Assembly: GCA_965224485.1 (NCBI GenBank)
Contig: CBDCZH010000010.1
Location: 416,001 to 480,000 of the forward strand
From: Arcobacteraceae bacterium
GTDB lineage: Bacteria > Campylobacterota > Campylobacteria > Campylobacterales > Arcobacteraceae
Reading direction: 5' to 3'
Length of the DNA stretch: 64,000 nt
A program made the position numbers and the translations under genes. Of the stretch, positions 48,801-58,196 are shown in pieces (the stretch's first letter is position 1; each line of letters begins with the position of its first letter). Below the pieces are notes generated by a model. The model was not told the origin of the DNA. It ran no database searches and saw only the letters and a list, made by a program, of their open reading frames with translations.

Positions 48801-51701
48801 ATGAATTACATAGAAGAAATTTTAGATAACCCAAATGAAACATTGACTGTAGAATTTAAAAGGGAGTGGTATTGGAATAAAAAGGAAGAAGATAAAAATA
48901 GACTAAATTGGGATGAGTTTTTAAAAGATTTTATTGCATTGTGTAATATCCCAGAAGATAATAAATATTTTATTATTGGAATAAGTGATGGTGGCAATAA
49001 TTTTTTTAATTATTTTGAAGATAGTACTAACAATAAATTAAATTTTTTCAATAGAGATTTAGATGAAATTAGAAATGAAATTATAAAAAAAATATTAAAT
49101 TCTTTTGAATGTTACTATTTTGATAATGAATTACTAGATAATGAAAAAGATATTTTTCTAAAAAATATTATTTTTGACATTTTTGACATAGAAAATAAAG
49201 AAATCTTAGTTATAAAAATAAACCAATTTCCATTTTTATTAAGACTAAAAAAAGATAGAAATCTAAAGAAATATAGAGAAAAAAGTATTCTTGTCAGAAC
49301 CATTAATAACGATGGTCCTGGATGTACAGTATTAGACGAGGAACAAAAAGAAAAATACAAAATAGATTTTGGTATAATTTATCATAAATTTAAAATGTTA
49401 TCATCAAAAAATACGATTAAAAACATGATAGATGTATATGCAAAATTTTTGTATAATAGATTCCATATAGTATTAGAACACGAACATGACAGAGCTTATA
49501 GTGATAGTAACTTTTTTGAGATTTATTCTATTAATCAAAATGAAAAACATTTGGAAATTTTTATTTACTTTTCAAAATATACTTCAATCCAAAAAGTACT
49601 AGAAAATGAAATCTTAAGAAAATATATAAATATTTTAAAAAAATACCAAGATGTATATGTTGTTTTTGAAGAACAACGAGATTTTAAAAGAATAGTATCA
49701 AGAATTTCAGTTGATACGATAGCAGTAGAAAATGAAAAAATACTTATTATAAAGAAAGAGATAAAATATTTTGAGTCATCTACTCAATTTATAGAAAGTA
49801 CAATATATAATCAAATCAAAAATGAAATTGAAAATGAAGTATTGTTCCCAAAAGTATTTTCAGGTGTTTTCGTAAATCCTCTAATAAATGATAGTGATAT
49901 AGATATAATATCTACAATGAAGGAATGGATTAAAACTAAACACTCACCAATATTCGCATTAATTGGAGGTGGTGGCGTTGGAAAAACTACAATCGCAAAA
50001 AAGTTTAGCTCTCAAATAGAAAATGATATTATTTTTATAGATTCTAAAGAATTAATATCAAATTTAAAATATATTGAAAAACTAAATTCTATATATGATT
50101 TTGTAAAACTTTTTATTAAATCCCAAGATGATTTAGAAATTGATGAAAACTATTTTACTGAAGAATTGATAAATATATTAGTAGATAGTGGAAAATTGCT
50201 AATAGTTATAGATGGTTTAGATGAAGTGATTTTGAACTATTCTGATTTTGATTTAAATACTTTTATTAAAACAATTTATAAGAACTGTTTGGACAATCTT
50301 GGTAAAACAAAGATATTACTTACTATTAGAGATACATTTTGGAAAAAAGATTATGAAAATAATATAAGCAGTTTTATGATTAACGGTTTTAATATTGAAA
50401 AATCAAAAGAATATTTTCTCCAAAAATTACCAAATGATAAATTAGCTAATAAGGCATTAGAACTACTTCAAAATAACCTTAGTGATGATAATATATTTTC
50501 ACCTTTTATTTTGGAGATTATAAGTTTAGCAGTAGAAAATAAAATTTCTAAAGAAAGTATTGATAGTGATTTAATTTGTAGAGATATTTTTATTGACATT
50601 TTAATCTATCATATTTGTAATAGAGAAGTTATAAAGTTTCCTAATATCCATGACAAAAAGATAGATGAACAAGTAAAGTTTTTTATAAAAATGGCTATTA
50701 ATTATAATGGAGAAATTACTTTAAATCAATTACTTAGTGTATTTGAGAAGGACATGGCAGAAGCATACCAAGCACATGTTCTTTTATCTTTTGATGGAGA
50801 AATACTATCATTCAAATTTGATATATTAATTGAATATTTTAAAATGTTAAATATCATCAAAGTTGTTAATCTAAACAGTACTAATTATCAAGAAAATTTA
50901 TTGGTAGAAGAAAATAATGAATTATGTAAGCAAGTATATTTAGATACTAAAAATTTAGTACGAATAGATTGTAAAATTGAAGACCTAAAATTTTTATATA
51001 TTCAAATATTAGACAAAGTAGAGAGTATTCAAGAATTAGAAAAATATCTATATATTTATAGTTTTATTTTATCAATAATATTAAGACTTAATACTAACCA
51101 AGATAAACAGTCAAATACTGAACTTCTAAAAGAATTATTAGATAGAAATAAGATATATATAGGATTATGTTTATCTAATAATCATCTACATGACAAATTT
51201 CTATTTAATTTTAATGACATGAAATTTAAATATAGTTATATTGACTATAAATATTTTGGTGATAGTACATTTAATAATGAAAAAATATTTTATAATAGTT
51301 CCATTCAAGGCGATTATGATGTAAAATACAATTTCTCTGAAATAAATTTTTGCTCTTCATCAATCTTATCAGATAGTATGAAAAAGATATTGCAGCTTAA
51401 AGAAGAAGATATTGTAGATTTAAACAAGAAAATTAAAGATAATATTCTAGGAATTCTAGGAAAGTTTTATAGACATTCTTTTAGAGAAATTAAAAAAGAA
51501 AGATTGAAAAGTGTTCATTACAGTACCTTAATATTCTTGATAAAAGAAGGAATAGTAATAAAGGAATATATAACAACATCTAGTAAAAGAAATGAAGAAA
51601 GTTTTACAATAAATAAAGAATATCAAAGTGATATAGAAATGATTTTAAGTAAGCAAATAGAAGATTTAAAATTGATTGATGATTTAATTATAAAGTATTA
51701 A
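48801..51701 (+). CDS. AlbA_2 (Schlafen-like) domain + NACHT/STAND NTPase, candidate anti-phage protein
   Basis: NETLTVEFKREW...FLKDFIALCN...YFIIGISD; Walker A GGGGVGKTT; Walker B LLIVIDGLDEV; KILLTIR. Confidence 0.8.
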   Translation: MNYIEEILDNPNETLTVEFKREWYWNKKEEDKNRLNWDEFLKDFIALCNIPEDNKYFIIGISDGGNNFFNYFEDSTNNKLNFFNRDLDEIRNEIIKKILNSFECYYFDNELLDNEKDIFLKNIIFDIFDIENKEILVIKINQFPFLLRLKKDRNLKKYREKSILVRTINNDGPGCTVLDEEQKEKYKIDFGIIYHKFKMLSSKNTIKNMIDVYAKFLYNRFHIVLEHEHDRAYSDSNFFEIYSINQNEKHLEIFIYFSKYTSIQKVLENEILRKYINILKKYQDVYVVFEEQRDFKRIVSRISVDTIAVENEKILIIKKEIKYFESSTQFIESTIYNQIKNEIENEVLFPKVFSGVFVNPLINDSDIDIISTMKEWIKTKHSPIFALIGGGGVGKTTIAKKFSSQIENDIIFIDSKELISNLKYIEKLNSIYDFVKLFIKSQDDLEIDENYFTEELINILVDSGKLLIVIDGLDEVILNYSDFDLNTFIKTIYKNCLDNLGKTKILLTIRDTFWKKDYENNISSFMINGFNIEKSKEYFLQKLPNDKLANKALELLQNNLSDDNIFSPFILEIISLAVENKISKESIDSDLICRDIFIDILIYHICNREVIKFPNIHDKKIDEQVKFFIKMAINYNGEITLNQLLSVFEKDMAEAYQAHVLLSFDGEILSFKFDILIEYFKMLNIIKVVNLNSTNYQENLLVEENNELCKQVYLDTKNLVRIDCKIEDLKFLYIQILDKVESIQELEKYLYIYSFILSIILRLNTNQDKQSNTELLKELLDRNKIYIGLCLSNNHLHDKFLFNFNDMKFKYSYIDYKYFGDSTFNNEKIFYNSSIQGDYDVKYNFSEINFCSSSILSDSMKKILQLKEEDIVDLNKKIKDNILGILGKFYRHSFREIKKERLKSVHYSTLIFLIKEGIVIKEYITTSSKRNEESFTINKEYQSDIEMILSKQIEDLKLIDDLIIKY

Positions 51702-51729
51702 AACAATTCAATATGTTAGGAAGATTAAA

Positions 51730-51784
51730 CACATAACAAGTACTAGCAGCGAACGCAAAGCGTCTCTGAAGTAAAACGTTATCT
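51730..51784 (+). other. attC-like site 1
   Basis: CACATAAC-AAGTAC-TAGCAG-CGAACGCAAAGCGT-CTCTGAA-GTAAAAC-GTTATCT. Confidence 0.75.
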
Positions 51785-51799
51785 TAAAGGAGTAACAAA

Positions 51800-52210
51800 A
51801 TGGATGAAAAAAAAATAGTAGAATTTCAAGAAATTAAAACTGACAATTGCAAAATAGATACAGCAATTAAACAAGGAAATCAAATTATTTCAGTTTTAAA
51901 AAAGATGGGAATTACTGAGGCAACATTTGATACTGGAATGTATGTTAAAAATGATATGGAAAATAATACTTCTGTTATTTCTTCAGAAGGTATCACAATG
52001 CATAAAAATAAGCATACTACAAATATTACAATTTTAAATGAAGGTAGTACCAAGGAAGAAGCATTAAAAGAAATCAAAGATAATGGCGATACCCAAAAAG
52101 TATTAGGTGCTTTTGCTGGAACAACACAACAAAATATTTCAAAGACACTTATAGAAGACAAAGATAACAAATCCTTGGAAGAAGAACAAGTGACCCCTAC
52201 GAGTAAATAA
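51800..52210 (+). CDS. Hypothetical cassette protein with C-terminal HTH-like segment
   Basis: AAGGAG RBS just after the attC core; TQKVLGAFAGTTQQNISKTL; the ORF reads into the next attC. Confidence 0.72.
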   Translation: MDEKKIVEFQEIKTDNCKIDTAIKQGNQIISVLKKMGITEATFDTGMYVKNDMENNTSVISSEGITMHKNKHTTNITILNEGSTKEEALKEIKDNGDTQKVLGAFAGTTQQNISKTLIEDKDNKSLEEEQVTPTSK

Positions 52211-52296
52211 GCCTAAATTAGCTTTAATATCGTGGTAATAATAAGAAATCAGCAAACTGTTTGAGGGGTCATTGTCCTTCAGTTCTATCGTTATGT
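52161..52296 (+). other. attC-like site 2
   Basis: AAGATAAC-AAATCC-TTGGAAG...ACAAGTGACCCCT...AGGGGTCATTGT-CCTTCAG-TTCTATC-GTTATGT. Confidence 0.82.
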
Positions 52297-52317
52297 TTAG
52301 TATATAGGAGTAAAAGA

Positions 52318-53507
52318 ATGAATTTAGTATTTGATTTTTCAGAAGAAAGTTTTATTGAACTTTGTAGTAAAAATATACAAAGAGATAAAACAACAATTTT
52401 TCAAGATATTTATGAATCATTAATATCTTTTTTAAATATACAATCTGTGAATACACAATTAAATATATCAGAAATAAAACATTCTTATGAAACAGAATAT
52501 TATGATAAACACCTATCTTTAAAAGACTATATTGATAATGGTTTTATTGATTTCTATTATCCAAAAATTGATATTTATTCATTGAAAGAGAATAATATAA
52601 ATTTCAATACAATAACTTTACCAAGTTTTTTAAAATTAAATCATATTGATTATGGATTTGATGTTAAAAAAAATGTAAAAATAAAAGAACATAATTTAAA
52701 AACAAAAAATAGAATTACAATTGAATTATTACACTTAGTAATTGATAAATGTATATTAACAAAAATAATGGGAAATATTAATAATACAAAGCAAGAGATA
52801 CTTTTACCGTCAAAATTAGGAGTTTGGGAATGGAGACAAACTTTTTATAATAAAATAAATAAGAAAATTTATTTCTGTGATTGTTTTAAGAATGCACTTG
52901 AAAAAATACAAAAAGAAGATTGCTTAACAAACATACATAAACATACTGAAATTGCATTAAGAGATAAAAGCTTTAAGCACAAGATATGTCATATTTGTTT
53001 AGAAACAAATTCTGATTTATTTTATTGTCATAAGATGTACGGTTCACCAATTAAAGTTAAATATGGTGCATATATTAAAAAACTAGAGATAGAAAAAGAC
53101 ATAGATGAAAAAGAAGCAGAAAACCAAATAAGAGAATTAAAAGGGGTAGCTAAAATTGGTGATAAATGGGTAAATGAAACTATATTATTTAATTATATTA
53201 AAATATTATTTTCTCAATATTCAGTTGAACGAGAAGCATCACCAATTTGGATTGACAGACAAAGATTAGATATAATTTATACCAGAATTAAATCTTGCAG
53301 TTGAATATCAAGGAGAACAAACATTTTAAACCAGTATCAATCTTTGGAGGTAAAGAAGGTTTATTAAAAGCAAAAGAAAGAGATAAATTAAAATTACAAA
53401 AATGTAAAAAGAATAAAATTGATCTAATTTATTTTACATATAAAGAAAATTTATCAGAAAAACTAGTTATAAAGAAATTAAAAGCATATTTAAAAGAAAA
53501 AACATAA
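52318..53507 (+). CDS. Zn-motif protein with C-terminal PD-(D/E)XK/Vsr-like nuclease domain, frameshifted as assembled
   Basis: AGGAG RBS and ATG at 52318; YFCDCF and CHIC. The repaired C-terminus reads QRLDIYIPELNLAVEYQGEQHF...ERDKLK. The stop TAA lies inside the attC inverse core ACATAAC. Confidence 0.72.
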
Positions 53508-53639
53508 CAACAAACATTGGAAGAAGAAAGAGGCTACCACGGCGATAATTCAACCTTTTAAGTGTCGTATTAAGCAAGTTGAAGACCGAATAATCAAGGC
53601 CGTTAAATCGCCATCGTCCTTCAATTTAGGCCGTTATAC
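53500..53639 (+). other. attC-like site 3
   Basis: AAACATAAC...TTGGAAGAAGAA...GGCGAT...ATCGCC-ATCGT-CCTTCAA-TTTAGGCC-GTTATAC; shares boxes with site 2. Confidence 0.8.
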
Positions 53640-53667
53640 ATCAAAAAATATAGGAAAGAGGTAATCC

Positions 53668-54409
53668 ATGGAAATAGACAGAAAAAACACTTATTTGATG
53701 CTACGTAATCGTATGGAAAACGTTGGATTTATCTTTGAGAAAGAACAACAGCCTCATTTTCAAAGCCATCGGGGGAAAGAGTTGAAATTTGTACACATCC
53801 TCAATTAGAAGAAAAATTTGCTAAATACAATATTAAGAACAGGCCTAAAAAGTTCTATTTAAAGCAACTGACTGATGATGAAAACAGTGAAATTGGATTA
53901 ACTATAAGTAAATCATCTCCATTATTTCATATGAATGATTTTTCTACGCCTAATGCAGTTGATACCTACAAAAATACTGAATTAAATGCTTGGGTAAACA
54001 GAAAAAATGATGAAGCTTTGTACAGTTTACTTCAATCAATAAATAACTACATATCTTCAACATTTGATGAATTAGAAGAAAAATTTTTAAATGATGTGAA
54101 AAAATCTATGATTAAAAGTCAAATAGAGAGAAAAAGTAGCCTAAATTCTGCGACTAAAAATCCAGAAAAAATTATCGTAAAAACTGTAGTTTACAAAAGA
54201 AATTCAGATGTAGTAGCGGAAGCGCTTATACTTGCAAATGGTAAATGTAGGAATTGTTCAAAAAATGCTCCATTCATAAGAAAAAAAGATTGTTCCCCAT
54301 ACTTAGAGGTTCACCATATCGTACCACCTTTCAGAAGGTGGTGAAGATACAGTCGAAAATGTAAATTGCTCTTTGCCCTAATTGTCATCGTGAGAAACAT
54401 TTTGGTTAG
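53668..54409 (+). CDS. HNH endonuclease (McrA-like C-terminus), frameshifted as assembled
   Basis: GAGG RBS and ATG at 53668; RNSDVVAEAL.LANGKCRNC...PYLEVHHI. The repaired tail reads GGEDTVENV.ALCPNCHREKHFG*. Confidence 0.8.
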
Positions 54410-54531
54410 CAAAATAAATTAGTGTATCAAAAGATGAAAACAACTAAACTATATAACAAAATCTCTATAATTGTAACTTCAAGTAACTTGTGAAATATAT
54501 TTTTGATAAATGTACTAATAATAATTTGGTA

Positions 54532-54567
54532 TTGTGTCCCCGGAATTCGTTGTGTCCCCGGAATTCG
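54532..54567 (+). repeat. 18-bp tandem repeat TTGTGTCCCCGGAATTCG x2
   Basis: Exact duplication at 54532-54549 and 54550-54567; GC-rich in AT-rich context. Confidence 0.85.
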
Positions 54568-54692
54568 AATTTTTTTGTTCTTGACTTATAATTATAATAT
54601 CATTATAATATAATTATGAAAACAATTAATTTTTCTTGGGACAGTTGCCACCTTAAAATATAATAAAGTATTTACTGTTTTAAAAAGAAATT

Positions 54693-55666
54693 TTATCTTT
54701 TATTCACATCGAACCTTTCGTTATTTTTATATAAACTATGAGCTATTACTATCATCTTTCTCATAACTGCTATTTGAGCTACTGTGGTATGTTTACCATT
54801 TCCTTTTAGTCTTTCATAAAACTCTTTTAGTTTTTCATTTTTTTGTACTGCTACCATTACTGGCATAAACAGTGTTCCTCTACAAATCTTTGAGCCTGCT
54901 TTTGATATTCTTGTTTTACCTCGTACTGAAGTTCCTGAACTCTTTTCAATTGGATCAAGTCCTGCTAAAGAAACTATTTGTCTTTGGTTTGCATCTGGAT
55001 ATTGTAAAAAAGTGATATATTAATATAATTGCTGATATTTGACCAATACCTACAATTGTTTGAATATTTAAAAATGATTGATACAACTTTTTATCTTTTG
55101 AAAGATAAGTAAGTATCTTTTTAATTATTCGCTCTTCTTGTTTTTTTAAGAATTTATATTGCATTTCTAATTCTTTAAGTACATAAGAAGAATCACTTTT
55201 TGCTTTCAACGAAGATGCATGATTTTTATTTTGTGTTTGTTGCTTAATAATTAGTTTATAACAGGTTATAGCTTCTTTAATTGCTTCAACATTATCATTA
55301 ATGATAGGAATCTTTATTTCTTCTTCTCTTGCAGTTATAATCATTTGTGAGAGCAATCTAGCATCTTCTATATCATTTTTGTTTCTATTTCCTATTACTT
55401 TTGCCAAAGTTAGCACTTTTTTTAGGATTTACAATAAAACAATTAATATTTTTACTTGCACAAAATTTTGTTAAAGTAAAGGAGTAAGTACCTGTTGGCT
55501 CATATACAAAAACTAATTTATCAAACTCTTTTTTATATAGTTTTTTTAACTTTGAGTATAAGCTTTTAATTGATTTTAAATCATTAGTAATTACTAAATC
55601 TAATTCATTAATAGGCACATAGATATTAATTGTTGACTTACTTACATCTAATCCGATAGAATACAT
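54693..55666 (-). CDS. IS110 DEDD recombinase, two frameshifts as assembled
   Basis: IGLDVSK, YEPTGTY, KNDIEDA, TIVGIG, then LAGLDPIEKSSGTSVRGKTRISKAG and IAVMRK in a third frame; stop at 54693-54695. Confidence 0.9.
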
Positions 55667-55739
55667 ACTTGAACCTTTGTATTAATATAAAGAGTTCGTT
55701 AGAGTAGGAGTTTCTCCTACTCGATAATGTGTTACACCC

Positions 55740-55915
55740 AAATTTAGACTTATAAAATTCGAACTAGATATTATCCGTTCTTGTTGCCACTCAAATTTAA
55801 AGTATAACTATTTAACTCACTATCAAGCTAGTTATTTTTATAACCGCTTTAGTTTTTCATCAATATATTATCTTTCAAACTCTTTGCAAATATACTATCA
55901 TATTCACATAATTTC
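55740..55915 (-). ncRNA. Candidate IS110 bridge RNA
   Basis: Internal loop at 55740-55798 carries GUGGCAAC and UAUAAGU, matching both sides of the reconstructed donor junction. Transcript ends are not determined. Confidence 0.65.
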
Positions 55916-56186
55916 ATTATATAAATACCAAAGCTAAATCAAATTTCATCAAACATAAGATTTCTTTTGAAGAAGCGAAAACTGTGTTTGATGATGATAA
56001 TGCAAGATTAATATATGACCCAGATCACAGCGAAGATGAAGATAGATTTATCTTACTTGGCTTAAGTTGTAAATTAAAGGTTTTAACAATCGTTCATTGT
56101 TATAAAGACAATGAAAATAATATTAGAATTATCAGTGCTAGGAAATCTACTAAATTAGAAACAAAACAATATAGGGAGTATATATC

Positions 56187-56397
56187 ATGAGAAAAAGAAT
56201 ATGATTTTAGTAATTCAGTAAAAAATCCGTATGCTAAAAAAGTAAAAAAACAAATATCAATTAAACTTGAAAGTGATACTATTGATTATTTTAAAGAATT
56301 AGCAATTAAAGTTGGAATTCCTTATCAAAATTTGATGAACTCATATTTAACTGATTGTGCTGTTAAACATGTGGAACCCAAATTAAACTGGGGATAA
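56187..56397 (+). CDS. brnA: BrnA antitoxin, +1 A frameshift as assembled
   Basis: ATGA overlap with the brnT stop. Removing one A from the run at ~56192 gives MRKEYDFSNSVKNPYAKKVKKQISIKLESDTIDYFKELA...GIPYQNLMNSYL. Confidence 0.82.
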
Positions 56398-56399
56398 AA

Positions 56400-56521
56400 A
56401 CATAAAAAAATATTGGATAGAATAAGCAAGAAACTTTAATCAAGTTTTGTTGATATATCTTAATCAACTGTAATTGTTTATTCTCTCTCAAACTTCTTAT
56501 CTCTGAATTCAAACGTTAGCA
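56400..56521 (+). other. Degenerate attC-like site
   Basis: ACATAAa-AAAATA-TTGGATAGAAT...ATCTCTGAATTCAAAC-GTTAGCA; the inverse core lacks its C. Confidence 0.55.
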
Positions 56522-56546
56522 AGAGTAAAGACTTACACTTAGTTGT

Positions 56547-56807
56547 ATGACAAATTAAATTGCACTTATTAATTGAATGGGCGTAGTTAACGAACAATTT
56601 AAAAAAAAATTAATTGAACTCTTTAATAAGCCTAGAATTGTAAAAGATAAACTATCGTGTTATGAAAATGTTTATAAAATAAAACTACGAAGTGTAGGTT
56701 ATCGTTTAGCTTATGAAGTAAAAGATGAAGAAATTGTTGTCCTTGTTTTAGCTCTTGGGAAAAGAGAGAAAAATAAGGTTTATGATAATTTAGGCAAAAG
56801 AATATAA
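56547..56807 (+). pseudogene. RelE/StbE toxin remnant with damaged N-terminus and no antitoxin
   Basis: EQFKKKL...YKIKLRSVGYRLAYEVKDEEIVVLVLALGKRE; 5' region disrupted. Confidence 0.7.
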
Positions 56808-56945
56808 TTAATTCTACTTAAATTAAAAAGATTAAATTCTATCCTAGCGCTATAAAATCTACTTTTTTAGTCTTGTGTCTAAATAAAGATAATAAATATT
56901 GTAGTATTGTTATTTTATGATAAAATTATAAAAAGGATTTATTTT

Positions 56946-57344
56946 ATGATAAAAATATTTGTTTTACTTATTTTTCTTCTTTGTACTAGTTTAAGTGCAA
57001 AGTCTTATCCTGTATTAAAAAGTCTTGATGGTATTTCTTTATTTCAAAATGAAGCATTATCAAAGATGTTTAAAGCTGGTACTCGTATAGTTGGTACAAA
57101 TTTAAAATTTAAAAAAGAAGTTATTCAAAACTATAAAGATGATTTTACCTATGATGGTAGTGTTGCTTCTGGAAAAAAGAAAATTTCTGGAACTTGGTTT
57201 ATTAAAAATAATATGATTTGTCATACTTCAAAGAAGAAAAATAAAAAGAAATGTAGAGCAATTTATAAACAAGGTATGAATTACTTTGAATTAAATAAAA
57301 AGAATATGAATATAATAATGAAATTTCAAATAACAAATAAGTAA
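56946..57344 (+). CDS. Hypothetical exported protein
   Basis: AAGGA RBS before ATG 56946; signal peptide; GTWFIKNNMIC...C. Confidence 0.7.
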   Translation: MIKIFVLLIFLLCTSLSAKSYPVLKSLDGISLFQNEALSKMFKAGTRIVGTNLKFKKEVIQNYKDDFTYDGSVASGKKKISGTWFIKNNMICHTSKKKNKKKCRAIYKQGMNYFELNKKNMNIIMKFQITNK

Positions 57345-57384
57345 TAAATATGTTTTTTATTAGCTATTTAAATAAAGGGAAAAA

Positions 57385-58102
57385 ATGAATAATGATAAAA
57401 AAATGGCTATTTTTATAGATTGTGAAAATATGAGTTCAAAATATATTGAAGAAATTTTCGCAGAACTTGCTAAACATGGTCAAGTTATGATTAGACAAGC
57501 ATATAAAGATTGGGGAAGTAGGGAGCACAAACAATGGCGTGAGGTTTTACCTAAACATGCTATTAAAGCAATACAGACTTCACGAAATAGTAAGTATAAA
57601 AATGTTTCTGATTTTCAAATAGTAATTGATGTTATGAATACTGTTCATGATAATATTGTAGATACTATTGTTTTAGTTTCAAGTGATAGTGATTATACTT
57701 CTTTAGCTATTGAGATTAAATCTAAAGGTTTTGAAGTTATTGGTTTTGGAGAAGAAAAAACTCCAAGTCCTTTTATTAACTCACTTAGTACTTTTTATAA
57801 ATTAAAACTAAAAAAAAGAGAGTGATGTTAAAATAGAAGAGCAAGAGCCAAAAGAGAAGCTAGATGAAGTAGTTGTTTTCTTAAAAGATGCTATTTTAAA
57901 TACTCAAGGGGATGAAGATTATGCTTTAGTTTCTCAAATAGGAACATATTTAAAAAATAAAGATGCTTCTTTAAATGCAAAAAATTATGGTGTTAATTCT
58001 TGGGGAGATATTTTAAAACTGTATCCTGAATATTTTACAGTTAGTAATATTGGAAAAAGAAATAGTATTATGATTGTAACTTTACTTGAAAATATAGAGT
58101 AG
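57385..58102 (+). CDS. NYN domain + OST-HTH/LOTUS protein, frameshifted at an A run (~57812)
   Basis: AIFIDCEN, KNVSDFQIVID, VSSDSDY, VIGFG; the second frame gives ALVSQIGTYLKNKDASLNAKNYG..SWGDIL, stop 58100-58102. Confidence 0.85.
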
Positions 58103-58196
58103 TTTTACAACTTTTTTAGGACTTAGTTAATTGAATACTTTATTTTTATTCTCTAAGCTCCTAAAATAGTTATGTAAATATTAGGAAGTTTATTTC

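Larger units (their letters stand above)
54643..55923 (-). mobile_element. IS110-family insertion sequence (~1.28 kb)
   Basis: Boundaries defined by restoring the brnT reading frame; no terminal inverted repeats; ~257-bp non-coding end upstream of the recombinase. Confidence 0.88.
54616..56190 (+). pseudogene. brnT: BrnT toxin interrupted by IS110
   Basis: MKTINFSWD (54616-54642) joins in frame to NTKAKSNFIKHKISFEEAKTVFDD...DPDHSEDEDRFILLG...IRIISARK (55924-56190) when the insert is removed. Confidence 0.9.
48601..56807 (+). mobile_element. Integron-type gene-cassette array without a visible integrase (CALIN-like)
   Basis: Co-oriented single genes separated by TAAC...GTTA palindromic sites; each cassette's leading core is the reverse complement of its trailing inverse core (see findings). 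Confidence 0.82.

Noticed and set aside
57823..57825. TGA ending the NYN ORF as a Sec codon
   Set aside because: A TAA follows two codons later; the continuation lies in another frame after an A-run indel.
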